Shown one piece after another: positions 18,878 to 28,216 of a DNA stretch of 64,000 nucleotides; the stretch's first letter is position 1; every line of letters begins with the position of its first letter. Source of the stretch: Planctomycetota bacterium. Lineage in GTDB: Bacteria; Planctomycetota; MHYJ01; WSZJ01. The stretch lies in the NCBI GenBank assembly GCA_038060895.1, contig JBBTCT010000020.1, forward strand, positions 48,506-112,505. Reading direction: 5' to 3'. A program made the translations under genes and the position numbers. The notes under the pieces are model-generated. The model had not been told where the DNA came from. It searched no databases and saw only the letters and a program-made list of their open reading frames with translations.

Positions 18878-19741
18878 ATGTCCCTTCGCGTCCTCGTCGC
18901 CGTCCTTCTCGCCGCCGCGATCGCCGCCGCCATCGTGTGGCCGCGCGCCCGCGCGCGGCGCGAGCCGGTCATCCCTGCGCAGCGCGTCGTTTCGCTCGTC
19001 CCCAGCGCCACCGACATCCTCTACGACATCGGCGCCGGTGACCGAGTCATCGCCGTCACCCGCTTCTGCCGCTGGCCCCCGGAAGCGCCCACGAAGGAGA
19101 TCGTCGGCGGCTTCGCGGATCTCAACATCGAGCGCATCGTGGCTCTTCGCCCCGACGCCGTCGTCGAGGTCTCCAGTTTTCCCAAGGCGCTGGACCAGCT
19201 GCGCGGCGCGGGACTTCCCGTCCAGGAAATCCGCGTGCTGCGCCTCGCCGACGCGCTCGACCAGTACGAGATTCTCGGGCGGCTGGTCGGCCGGGAATTG
19301 GAAGCGGCCGTGGCGCGAGCGCGGCTCGAGGCAGGAATGGCGCGCGAGGCCTCGCGCTGGAAGGACGCCCCGCGCGTCCGGGTCGCTCTCGTCACCGAAC
19401 GGCTCGCGGCCAACCCGCAGGACGTCTACGTCGCGGGCGAGACGTCCTTCATCAGCGAACTCGCGGCCCGCGTCGGCGGCGACAACGTCTTCAATGACCT
19501 CGGCAAGGACTTCGCCAAGGTCTCTCCCGAGGATTTCGTCACTCGCGCTCCCGACGTCATTCTCGAACTCAACAGCGTCGATCCTCCCTCCGACGCGGAA
19601 GCGCTCGCGGCGTGGTCGAAGCTGCCGGCGATCCCGGCGGTCAAGGCGAAGCGCGTCCGGGTGCTCTCGCAGGATTTCCTTCTGGCGCCGGGGTCGCGCA
19701 TGGACCAGTCGCTGCGTGTTCTCGGGGAGGCGCTGCGATGA
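18878..19741 (+). CDS. btuF: ABC substrate-binding protein, BtuF/Fe-siderophore helical-backbone family
   Basis: RVVSLVPSATDILYDIG, LNIERIVALRPD, PGSRM. Confidence 0.75.
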   Translation: MSLRVLVAVLLAAAIAAAIVWPRARARREPVIPAQRVVSLVPSATDILYDIGAGDRVIAVTRFCRWPPEAPTKEIVGGFADLNIERIVALRPDAVVEVSSFPKALDQLRGAGLPVQEIRVLRLADALDQYEILGRLVGRELEAAVARARLEAGMAREASRWKDAPRVRVALVTERLAANPQDVYVAGETSFISELAARVGGDNVFNDLGKDFAKVSPEDFVTRAPDVILELNSVDPPSDAEALAAWSKLPAIPAVKAKRVRVLSQDFLLAPGSRMDQSLRVLGEALR

Positions 19742-19746
19742 AAGGG

Positions 19747-19829
19747 ACGGCGGGCGGGCGGGCAAGCGGGCGAGCGGGCGAGCCGGCGTTGTTGCTAGCC
19801 TGCCCGCTGGCCCGCTGGCCCGCTGGCCA
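19747..19829. repeat. Inverted array of GCGGGC(G/A)A-type octamers inside the ABC operon
   Basis: gcgggcaagcgggcgagcgggcgag faces tgcccgctggcccgctggcccgctgg; related sequence at 56577-56620. Confidence 0.65.
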
Positions 19830-19847
19830 CCCAGCATCGGGTGATCT

Positions 19848-20633
19848 GTGATCCTGGAAGCGCACAACATCACGGCGGGCTATGGCTCCGATCCCGTCCT
19901 CCGCGACGTCTCGATCGGCATCGAGCCCGGGACGTTCACCGCCGTCATCGGTCCGAACGGTTCCGGCAAGACGACTCTCCTGCGCGTGCTTCTGGGTCTT
20001 CTCGTCCCGTCGTCCGGGGAAGTCTGCCTCGAGGGAAAACCCCTGGCGGGCGCTTCACGCCTGGAAGTCGCCCGGGCGGCGGCGCTCGTGGCCCAGGACG
20101 CCCCGCCCCTCTGGGATTTCACTTCGCTCGAAGCGGTGCTCCTCGGCCGCCACCCGCGCCGCGCTTCGGCCTGGTTTGACGGCGAAGAGGACATCGCCGC
20201 GGCGCGCAAGGCGCTCGCTTCTGTCGGCGCGACCGACCTCGAATCCCGCCGTGTTGCCACTCTCTCGGGCGGCCAGCAGCAGCGGGTTGCGATTGCCGCC
20301 GCTCTCGCTCAGGAGCCGCGGGCCCTCCTTCTCGACGAGCCCACCGCGAACCTCGACCTCGCGGCCCAGGTCTCGATGTACTCGCTCGTCCGCGAGCTCT
20401 GCCGCTCAAGGGGCATCGCGGCGCTCGCCGTCACGCACGACGTCACGCTCGCCGCGATGTTCAGCGACCGCGTGGCGGTGCTGGTGAAAGGCCGGATCGT
20501 CAGGATCGGGACGCCGGCAGAAGCGCTGACGGCGGAGGCCATGACGGAAGCGTTCGGGACGCCGATCGTGGTGACGACACACCCGGTCGGCGGGTCGCCG
20601 GTCGTGCTTCCCTCTCCCGGGGTGGGCCGATGA
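19848..20633 (+). CDS. ABC ATP-binding protein, BtuD/FecE family
   Basis: GPNGSGKT, LSGGQQQR, LLLDEPT, THD. Confidence 0.9.
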   Translation: MILEAHNITAGYGSDPVLRDVSIGIEPGTFTAVIGPNGSGKTTLLRVLLGLLVPSSGEVCLEGKPLAGASRLEVARAAALVAQDAPPLWDFTSLEAVLLGRHPRRASAWFDGEEDIAAARKALASVGATDLESRRVATLSGGQQQRVAIAAALAQEPRALLLDEPTANLDLAAQVSMYSLVRELCRSRGIAALAVTHDVTLAAMFSDRVAVLVKGRIVRIGTPAEALTAEAMTEAFGTPIVVTTHPVGGSPVVLPSPGVGR

Positions 20634-21619
20634 CGGCGCTCACTCGCAACAGGTTCGCCTGGGCCATCGTCGCGGGCCTCGCGTTCGCGGCGGCCGCGGC
20701 GTTGCTCGCGCCGATGATCGGCTCTCGCTTCATTGGATGGCAGTCCTGGCCGGGCGATTCCGGCGGCACGGTCGAGCAGCAGATCTTTCACACGCTCCGC
20801 CTCCCGCGCGTCCTCCTTGGCCTCGTCGTCGGCGCGACGCTCGCGATGTCGGGCGCGGCCATGCAGGGATGGCTCCGCAACCCGCTCGCTTCCGAGTACA
20901 CGCTGGGCATCTCGAGCGGCGCGGCGTTCGTTGCGCTCCTCGCCGGCGAAACCGCGCTCGCCAGCGTCCCGGGCGGCGTCCCTGTCGCCGGCATGATCGG
21001 CGGCCTCACCGCGATCGGGCTCGTCTGGGCTCTCGCGCGCCGCCGCGGCGGCCTGGCGCCTGGGGACACGGTGCTGACAGGAATCACGGTCTCGCTCCTC
21101 TTCTCGGCCCTCACCATCATCGCGCTCAACAAAGTCGCCAGCACCCGCGCCGTCCACGTCGTCCGCTGGCTCACCGGCGGCCTCGACACAGCCGGCTATG
21201 ACGCACTGCGTCAATGCGCCCCCTGGTGCGCCGTCTCCATGGTCATCCTCATGGCCGCTTCACGCGACCTCCACCAGCTCGCCGCCGGCGAAGACCTCGC
21301 CGCCACCCGCGGCGTCCGCGTCGGCCGCGCCCAGCTCCTCACCCTCCTCGGCGCCTCCCTCGGCACGGCCGCTGCCGTCTCCGTCTGCGGCCCCATCGGG
21401 TTCGTGGGGCTCATCGTCCCGCATTGCGTCCGCCTCCTCACCGGCCCCGACGCCCGCCTCGCCCTCCCCATCTCCGCCCTCGCCGGCGCCGGGTTCCTTG
21501 CGCTCTGCGACGGCGCGGCGCGGTACTTTTCCAGGCCCGAAGAGCTTCCCGTCGGCGTCATCACCGCCACGATCGGGGGGCCGTTCTTTCTTTGGCTTCT
21601 GAGAGCTCGAAGAAACTGA
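20630..21619 (+). CDS. ABC permease, BtuC/FecCD family
   Basis: LRLPRVLLG, RNPLA, GPIGFVGLIVPH, ELPVGVITATIGGPFF. Confidence 0.9.
   Translation: MTALTRNRFAWAIVAGLAFAAAAALLAPMIGSRFIGWQSWPGDSGGTVEQQIFHTLRLPRVLLGLVVGATLAMSGAAMQGWLRNPLASEYTLGISSGAAFVALLAGETALASVPGGVPVAGMIGGLTAIGLVWALARRRGGLAPGDTVLTGITVSLLFSALTIIALNKVASTRAVHVVRWLTGGLDTAGYDALRQCAPWCAVSMVILMAASRDLHQLAAGEDLAATRGVRVGRAQLLTLLGASLGTAAAVSVCGPIGFVGLIVPHCVRLLTGPDARLALPISALAGAGFLALCDGAARYFSRPEELPVGVITATIGGPFFLWLLRARRN
21199..21213. promoter_or_regulatory. Palindrome copy 2, TGACGCA-C-TGCGTCA (inside the permease gene)
   Basis: Perfect core, encoded as TAT GAC GCA CTG CGT CAA (YDALRQ). Confidence 0.75.
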
Positions 21620-21739
21620 TGAGCGTCAGCCTGAGGCAAACTGAACCGCGCCGGATTATCTCGTAGCCGGCCCCTTGCCCTTCCCGATCCCGGTGGTAGC
21701 CTCGTCATCCCTCTAAAACTTCCACCAAAGGAGACCGCC

Positions 21740-22312
21740 ATGCCCAAGCTCGCAACCCGCCGTGCCCCGAAGACCGCTCCCCGCGCCGCCAAGGCGAAGG
21801 CCAAAGCCGTGAAACCGATCCCGGACGGCTACCACACGATTACGCCGTCGCTCACAGTCCGCAACGCCGCGGGCGCCATCGAGTTCTTCAAGAAGGCCCT
21901 CGGCGCCGAGTTGCACGGCGAAGTCTGCGCCTGCGAGGACACCGGCAAGATCATGCACGCCGAGATGAAAGTCGGAACCTCGATCTTCTTCCTCGGGGAC
22001 GAAGCGCCGCAGATGGGCTGCGCGGCGACGCAGAGCTCGCTCTTCCTCTATGTGAAGGACGCCGACGCGTCGATCGAGCGCGCGGTGAAGGCGGGGGCGA
22101 CGCTGAAGTACCCCGCGAGCGACATGTTCTGGGGCGACCGGGTGGGCGGGGTGGCTGACCCGTTCGGGAACACGTGGACGTTCGCGACGCACAAGAAGGA
22201 CCTGACGGGGAAGCAAATCGAAGCGGCGAAGCAGGAGTTCGTGGCGGCGATGAAGGCGAAGGCGCAGGGCGGCTGCTGTGGCGGGTCGTCGGACTGCGGC
22301 TCGAAGCAGTAA
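21740..22312 (+). CDS. VOC/glyoxalase (PhnB-like) protein
   Basis: IPDGYHTITPSL, IMHAEMKVG, DMFWGDRVGGVADPFG; AAGGAG SD. Confidence 0.88.
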   Translation: MPKLATRRAPKTAPRAAKAKAKAVKPIPDGYHTITPSLTVRNAAGAIEFFKKALGAELHGEVCACEDTGKIMHAEMKVGTSIFFLGDEAPQMGCAATQSSLFLYVKDADASIERAVKAGATLKYPASDMFWGDRVGGVADPFGNTWTFATHKKDLTGKQIEAAKQEFVAAMKAKAQGGCCGGSSDCGSKQ

Positions 22313-22325
22313 GGAAGCCGAATCG

Positions 22326-22359
22326 CGGCGCGGCGGGGGTGACCCTGCCGCGCCGTTTT
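22326..22359 (+). terminator. Intrinsic terminator between convergent genes
   Basis: cggcgcggcggg stem pairing with cctgccgcgccg, followed by tttt. Confidence 0.65.
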
Positions 22360-23497
22360 ATCTCGCCGCCGGAACCACTCGCTCGAACACTCCCGTGATG
22401 TCGAACTCGCGGCCCCCCTGCGGGCTGGTGCGCGGGTACCGCCCCTCAAACGTTCCCTTGAGCCCCGCCACCTTGCCGCCGCGATACTCGACCACGACGC
22501 TCAGCTCGCCCGAGTAGGAAAACTCGCCGCCGCCGGAGTCTGTGAGCGTGACGTTGCCGTGCAGAAGCGCGAACTTCAACTCGCCTTTGACACCCGCGGG
22601 CTCCAGCAGGAGCTCGCCCTTCGCACCCGTGACGTCGTACACCTTCTTCGTGACCTGGTCCGTCCGCTCCATCACGCCGCCGGGGAACATCTTCGAGAGC
22701 CAGGGGAGAAACGCGGAAGCCTCCAGCTTCGCGGGCTTCGCCGGCACGGCCAGAAGCGCCCAGTCCTCCGTTTCCATCGGGACCACCTCGACGACGGGCG
22801 CGTAATACGCCGGCATTCCCTTGTCGTTGAGCCGCGTGAAGACGCGGATCGCGGAGTCGGTGCCCTCGGGGAGGCCGGGCAATTTCACCGGTCGCGGCTC
22901 CCCGGGCTCGCCCAGTCCCAGAGTCTTGCGCGCTTCGGCAAGGTTGTCGCGCCAGTGCCCCGCCAGCGCACCGCCCGTCAGCGGCTCCGGCCGGCCGCCG
23001 CTCTTTCGCGGCGTCATCGCGTCCCATTTCCGCACCAGCTTTCCCTGAGCGTCCAGCACGCACGCATCGACGTTCGACTGCTGCCCGCCGCCGGGGCCCG
23101 GCTTGAACTTCGCCGCCCACACCTCCTGCACCACCTCCGGGATGTCCTTGTCGTCCCGGTGCCCGTGCCACGACACCACCACGAACTCCTTCAGCATCGC
23201 GGCGACCGCCGCGTCGGCGAGGGCGAGCCCCCGCGCCTGCGTCGCCGTCGCTCAGCAGTGCCCTGTGATCATGTCGCCGTACTTCGCGTGGATCACGACG
23301 AGCAGGACGGGGCGCTTCTCCTTTGAAGCGCGCTTCTGCGCTTCCGCAAGATCGTCCGCCCAGTCGAGCCGGTACATCGCGAGGTCGTCGTCGCCGGGGC
23401 GGAGTTCGGTGAAGCGGGTGAGCGCCTTCTGGGCTTCGGCGTTCTGGGCCGCGGCGGGAAGGGAAATGAGCAGCGCGAGCGCGAGGGTGCGTTTCAT
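22358..23497 (-). CDS. Exported thioredoxin-like protein with in-frame UGA (candidate selenoprotein, 379 aa on readthrough)
   Basis: ORF 23497-23252 ends ...GDMITGHC-TGA; the same frame continues ATATQARGLALADAAVAAMLKEFVVVSW to 22358; hairpin after the UGA. Confidence 0.65.
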
Positions 23498-23689
23498 GAA
23501 GCAGGAACGCGGCTGCAGGCCGGAAATTGTGCGGTTTGCGGATCTCGCTGTTTTGCACGAACCCGTCTTCCCTCGGGAATTCAGAAAATCTGCCGTGGGT
23601 GGATTGACCCCGCGAGCCTTGTTTCGCTCGATTCCCGGCACTGGCCCGGAACCTCTCCGGGCTTCCTCTTCATCAGCAAGGAGACCGCC

Positions 23690-24502
23690 ATGGGACTGAC
23701 GATTCACTACACGCTCACACTTCCCGCCGAACTGTCGCGGGTCGATGCCGTGCGCCGCGTCGAACAGCTCAGGCGGCGCGCCGCGGCCATCGAGGGCATC
23801 CGCGTCGATACGGCCGTCCGGGAATGTCACGGCCCTTCGCTGAAGAAGGAGCAGGCGAAGGGATTCTTCCTGGGGTGCATCTACGTCCCCGTGACCTTTG
23901 ACGGGAGCGGGCGCCCGCAGGTCGCAGCCGACTGGAGGGACTCCGAAGTTTCGGTCGCCGTGGATCCGGACGAGCTCGCCTTTTTCGGTGTGCGCGTCCC
24001 GGGCTCGGAGACCGCATTCTTCGGCGTGGGTCGCCTGCCCGGCACGTTCGAGCAGGTGGGGGAAGATGGCGCTCCCTCCGCTCGCCTGGACGTTCCGCGT
24101 CACGGGGGGCGGTGGTTCGCGGAATGGGGATGCAAAACCCAGTACGCTTCGGACCCGGCGCTCGGCGGAGACGAGAACTTCCTTCGCGCCCACCTCTCGG
24201 TCGTGGCCGTGCTCGATGCGGCACTCGAGCTCGGTTTCGGCGTCGAGGTCATGGACGAGGGTAACTACCGGGAAACCCGGGACGTCTCCGCTCTTCTCAA
24301 AGAGCTCGGCCGCAACAATCGCCTCGTCGCCGGCTTCGCGGGAATGCTGAAGGATCGCCTGGGCCCCGGCAACCTCGCAGCGCCCATCCTCGCCCGCGCG
24401 GATTTCGAGCGGCTGGAAGCGAGCGCCCCTGCAGATGGAATCGCAGCGAATTTCGAGGGGGCCTTTGGCGACTTGCTTCGGATGACGAAGCGGCGAGCTT
24501 GA
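23690..24502 (+). CDS. Conserved hypothetical protein
   Basis: AAGGAG SD; protein-like sequence MGLTIHYTL...CKTQYAS...NFLRAHL...DEGNY...FERLEA. Confidence 0.75.
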   Translation: MGLTIHYTLTLPAELSRVDAVRRVEQLRRRAAAIEGIRVDTAVRECHGPSLKKEQAKGFFLGCIYVPVTFDGSGRPQVAADWRDSEVSVAVDPDELAFFGVRVPGSETAFFGVGRLPGTFEQVGEDGAPSARLDVPRHGGRWFAEWGCKTQYASDPALGGDENFLRAHLSVVAVLDAALELGFGVEVMDEGNYRETRDVSALLKELGRNNRLVAGFAGMLKDRLGPGNLAAPILARADFERLEASAPADGIAANFEGAFGDLLRMTKRRA

Positions 24503-24528
24503 CCTCCCCGCCGAGCCAGGCGATTGGA

Positions 24529-25029
24529 TCAGGATCGCCTGATGAGCGTCGCGTCGCTGCTCGTGGCGACTATGAGACTCTTTCCGCTGAGCGAAAACCC
24601 GAGCGCCTTGATTTCTGTCACGGGTCGGTCCAGAAACCACTCGCCGAGCTCTCCCGTTCGGCCGAACCAGATTTCGTCATCCCTTCCGGACTGCTTTCGG
24701 ACAACAAACCAGCCATCCTGAGTCGAAAGGGGCATCGTTCCTCCCCACAGGCCGGCAACGCTGAAATCGATTTCGGAAGCCGGTCCAATCCCTCTTACCT
24801 TTCGTGCGGCTTCGTCTCGCCAGCTCGATTCCCTTTGTGGCACCTCGTAGTCTCGTGCGAGACGCAATCCGGATTCGACGTCAAAGAGTCCCCGACCTGA
24901 GGAAGAGACAACGAGAAGGTAACGCTCATCGAGAGAGAATCCGACTTCCGACAGTCCGCCGACGAAAAGAGTCGGAAACCGCTTCCACGGAGTCGGAAGC
25001 TCATCCTTACCCGGCGTTGCTGGGCTCAT
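24529..25029 (-). CDS. Hypothetical protein, atypical codon usage
   Basis: VGGLSEVGFS...LLVVSSSGRGLFD...GLWGG...GFSLSGKSLIVATSSD; visibly more AT-rich than neighbours. Confidence 0.65.
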   Translation of the reverse strand: MSPATPGKDELPTPWKRFPTLFVGGLSEVGFSLDERYLLVVSSSGRGLFDVESGLRLARDYEVPQRESSWRDEAARKVRGIGPASEIDFSVAGLWGGTMPLSTQDGWFVVRKQSGRDDEIWFGRTGELGEWFLDRPVTEIKALGFSLSGKSLIVATSSDATLIRRS

Positions 25030-25082
25030 GCCGCGAGGATATTCGCTGCCGCGCCCAACTCGAGCCGCTATCGTGCTGCTCG

Positions 25083-26153
25083 ATGTACCGCTCCCTCGTC
25101 TACCCGATCCTCTCCACGCTCGAGCCGGAGCGCGCCCACGGCCTCGCGTTGAAGTCGCTTCGGGCCGCGCAGGCGACGCCCGGCGGCCTCTCGATCCTGC
25201 GCTGTTTCGCCGGGCCGCGTGACCCGCGGCTCGAAGTCCGGGCGTTTGGGATGACGTTCCCGAACCCTCTGGGCGCGGCGGCGGGGCTCGACAAGAACGC
25301 CGACGCCGCTGCGGCGCTCATGGCGCTCGGGTTCGGGTGCGTCGAGGTCGGCACCGTCACGCCGCGCCCGCAGCCGGGGAACGGCAAGCCGCGCGTCTGG
25401 CGGCTCCCCGAGGCCGCTGCCCTCATCAATTCGCTCGGGTTTCCCTCGAACGGCGCGGCCGCCGTGAAGAAACGTCTCGCGGGCAAGCGCTTCAATGGAA
25501 TCCTCGGCGTAAACCTCGGCAAGAACAAGGACACGCCCGCGGAGAAGGCGCCTGAAGATTACGCGGCGGTATTCGACGCGTTGAAGGACGAGATGCGCTA
25601 CGCGGTCGTGAACGTCTCGTCGCCGAACACGCCGGGACTGCGCAGTCTCCAGAGCCGCCGCGCGCTGCTCGACATCCTCGCCGCGGTTGACGAGGTGAAC
25701 TCGAAGCTCGCGAAACCGCGCCCGGTGCTCGTGAAGCTCTCTCCCGACCTCGACGACGCTCAGCTCGACGAAGCGTTGGCCGGAGCGCTCGAGGGCGGCG
25801 CTTCCGGCCTCGTCATCTCCAACACCACTCTCGACCGCAGCCTGTTGAAAGACCAGTTCCCCGACCGACCGGGCGGCCTGTCCGGCGCGCCACTTCGGGA
25901 CAAGTCGCTGGCGATGCTCCGAAAAGTGCGCGGCAAAGTAGGCAAGCGCCTCCCGCTCATCGGAGCCGGCGGGATCGCGACCGCCGAAGACGCGATCGCA
26001 CGCATGAAGGCCGGCGCTTCGCTCGTCCAGCTCTACACGTCGTTCGTGTACGGCGGGCCTGGGCTGCCGGGGCAGGTCGTGCGCGGGATCGACGAGTTCG
26101 TGAAGAAGGAAAAGCTGCGATCGGTCGAGGAGCTCATCGGCGCGGATGCCTGA
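25083..26153 (+). CDS. pyrD: Quinone-dependent dihydroorotate dehydrogenase (class 2)
   Basis: NPLGAAAGLDKNA, EVGTVTPRPQPGN, NVSSPNTPGLR, KLSPD, GGLSGAPL; start ATG 25083. Confidence 0.95.
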   Translation: MYRSLVYPILSTLEPERAHGLALKSLRAAQATPGGLSILRCFAGPRDPRLEVRAFGMTFPNPLGAAAGLDKNADAAAALMALGFGCVEVGTVTPRPQPGNGKPRVWRLPEAAALINSLGFPSNGAAAVKKRLAGKRFNGILGVNLGKNKDTPAEKAPEDYAAVFDALKDEMRYAVVNVSSPNTPGLRSLQSRRALLDILAAVDEVNSKLAKPRPVLVKLSPDLDDAQLDEALAGALEGGASGLVISNTTLDRSLLKDQFPDRPGGLSGAPLRDKSLAMLRKVRGKVGKRLPLIGAGGIATAEDAIARMKAGASLVQLYTSFVYGGPGLPGQVVRGIDEFVKKEKLRSVEELIGADA

Positions 26154-26161
26154 ACGCGCCT

Positions 26162-27502
26162 TTACTTCGCCTCGACCACGACGATCGACGGAATGGTCGA
26201 GAACGAAAGCCCCGGAAGCGCCGCGCTCAATTTCCCGGTCGCGAGGTCGAGCGTTTTCAGCCCGTACACCCGTTCGGTCGCTTCGACCCACTCGCCCGGC
26301 GGAACTCTTTCGGAAGCGATGGTGAAGACCAGGAGGGATTTTCCGTCCGGCGTCGCGATGGGAGCTGCATAGGCGAGTTTCTCGGTCGCTGCCAGCTCCA
26401 CCGGCGCGTCGCCGGCCTTGCCCCCGGAGTCGAGAAGAAGGAGGCGCGTGCGGCACTCCGCAAACCGGTGCTGGTGCGTCGTCTTGTGCGGACACGCTCC
26501 GAAATCGACGACGGCAATGCGCCTCGAGTCGGACAGCCAGGCCGGTGCGGTCGGTTCCGGGCCGACCGCAAACGTCGAGGCCGCCCTTCCCGCTGCAACG
26601 TCGATGACCTGGACGAGCGGCTTCCTCGCCTCGTCTCTCGGGAGAAGGGTCAGCCGCGAGCCGTCGGGCGACCAGCCCAGCACCATCGACCCCGTACCCC
26701 CGAGCCCCAGCGAGCAATTCCCCTCCGCTATCTTCCGGGCTTTGACCCCGTCCCAGACGCGCAGCTCATACTTGCGGTAGGTGATGCTCGCGATCAGGTA
26801 CGCGTACTGGTCGCCTTTGGGCGACCACGCGCCGTTCAGGTAGAAGAGGCTCTTCAGGTCAAACCGGTCGATCTCGCGGCCGTCCCCGCCTCCCAGCGCG
26901 TCGTGCTCCCGCAGTTCGATCGCTACCGCGCCCTCAGGGCCGGGCCCGCGCGTTCCCCTGCTGAGGATGCTCCGCTTGCCGTCCGGGGAAAAATCTCCCG
27001 GCCCCACGTTTCCGCTGTCTGAGTGAAGGCAAGGCTGCTGCGCAAGCTCGACACGCTCCGTCCCGTCCGTGCGCACGATTGCCGAACGCATCTGCGCGTC
27101 CGAGTCCTCGTGAGGATCGACCCCCTCCGGCACCACGCGATACCGGAACAGCACGCTCTTTCCCCCGTCGCAGAAAACAACGCCGTGGATGGAGCTCTCA
27201 ATGTGGCCGCATCCCGGGTGCACGATCTTCGGCATCGTGAAGACACGGGTTTTCGCGCCACCGAGGTCGGAGACGAAGACGGACTCGAGTTCCGTGAAGA
27301 GCACCCTGCGGGTCTGCGGGTGGAACTGGAGACTCGAAGCCTCGTTGGCGAGGACCGCTCCCTTTCCCGTGTCCGCGTCCCACGTCTTGATCTGGCTGCC
27401 TTCGAGATACACGAGCCGCAGGTCCCGGGCTCGCGGCTCCTCGGCGTTCACGTGGCCGGCGACGGCCAGCGCAAGCACGGCTACGGCGCAGGTTCGCCTC
27501 AT
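26162..27502 (-). CDS. Exported TolB-like beta-propeller protein
   Basis: Signal peptide; FSPDGK, WSPKGD, WSPDGS and TPDGK repeats. Confidence 0.7.
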   Translation of the reverse strand: MRRTCAVAVLALAVAGHVNAEEPRARDLRLVYLEGSQIKTWDADTGKGAVLANEASSLQFHPQTRRVLFTELESVFVSDLGGAKTRVFTMPKIVHPGCGHIESSIHGVVFCDGGKSVLFRYRVVPEGVDPHEDSDAQMRSAIVRTDGTERVELAQQPCLHSDSGNVGPGDFSPDGKRSILSRGTRGPGPEGAVAIELREHDALGGGDGREIDRFDLKSLFYLNGAWSPKGDQYAYLIASITYRKYELRVWDGVKARKIAEGNCSLGLGGTGSMVLGWSPDGSRLTLLPRDEARKPLVQVIDVAAGRAASTFAVGPEPTAPAWLSDSRRIAVVDFGACPHKTTHQHRFAECRTRLLLLDSGGKAGDAPVELAATEKLAYAAPIATPDGKSLLVFTIASERVPPGEWVEATERVYGLKTLDLATGKLSAALPGLSFSTIPSIVVVEAK

Positions 27503-27526
27503 GGGTGTCTCCGTCCCACCCGTCCG

Positions 27527-27853
27527 CTACTTCTCGTCCCCGCAGCCGCCATGGTTGTGCCCGCAGCCACACCCGCCCTCGCCGTGCTCGTGCCCCTTCT
27601 CGCCCGGCGCCAGCAGCTCCTTCGCCATGTGCACGCTGCCTTCCGTCGCCGCCTGGCGCAGTTTCAGCCCGACATTCGCGGCCGCGACGAGGTCCTCGTC
27701 CGCAATGCCCAGCTTCCGGCCGGCGTTCACGTGGTACTCGACGCCCGCTTCGAACCCTGCTGCCATCGAAGCGGCGACCGAGAGGAGTTCCGCAATAGAG
27801 GCGTTGATCGCGCTGGGGTTCTTGGCCGTCGCCGCTGCCGTCTTGTTTTCCAT
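27527..27853 (-). CDS. Carboxymuconolactone decarboxylase/AhpD-like protein with His/Cys-rich tail
   Basis: AAGGAG SD; ELLSVAASMAAG..GVEYH...GRKLGI..EDL pattern; tail GHEHGEGGCGCGHNHGGCG. Confidence 0.7.
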   Translation of the reverse strand: MENKTAAATAKNPSAINASIAELLSVAASMAAGFEAGVEYHVNAGRKLGIADEDLVAAANVGLKLRQAATEGSVHMAKELLAPGEKGHEHGEGGCGCGHNHGGCGDEK

Positions 27854-28030
27854 CGGGGTGTCTCCTTGAGAGGCGCGGTCGCCGCGCGATGGCCGGATCT
27901 TGGCATGGCGGACCACGAACGGCCAACCAGATTCTCGCGAACCTCCGCGGCCATTTCGGCGTTGAATCCGGGTCGGTCGATCCGCTACATTCCGCCCGTC
28001 GACGTTTCCATTCACGAGAGGAGGCTTCCC

Positions 28031-28084
28031 ATGCAGACGCACGCTCTTGCCGGTGTCGCTGGCGCCTCCGCTTCCGTGATCTAG
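28031..28084 (+). CDS. Putative 17-aa leader peptide MQTHALAGVAGASASVI upstream of rsgA
   Basis: Strong SD (gagaggagg) just before the ATG; ends about 130 nt before rsgA. Confidence 0.4.
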   Translation: MQTHALAGVAGASASVI

Positions 28085-28159
28085 CCGGTCGTTTTTCCGG
28101 TTGGTCCGGGCGGACGGCGCACGTTCGCCCCGTACTTCGGCTCCCACGCCAGGGCTCCG

Positions 28160-28187
28160 CCCTGAGCGAGCGAAGCGAGTCGAAGGG
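28160..28187. repeat. REP-like CCCTGAGCGAGCGAAGCGAGTCGAAGGG element
   Basis: 16-mer gagcgagcgaagcgag is identical to 39279-39294. Confidence 0.55.
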
Positions 28188-28216
28188 ACCTCAACCAACC
28201 GGAGATCTCTCCCATC

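Noticed and set aside
21620-21700. c-di-GMP-I riboswitch (ggcaaac present)
   Set aside because: No GNRA-capped P2 stem or GACGCAAAGC receptor follows
22358-23197. Independent 279-aa gene starting MLKEF
   Set aside because: No SD or promoter-like signal; begins mid-domain and is in frame with the upstream UGA-terminated ORF
21728-23692. Identical AAGGAGACCGCCATG at two gene starts
   Set aside because: SD plus spacer plus start codon; too short and functionally constrained to indicate a repeat or mobile element
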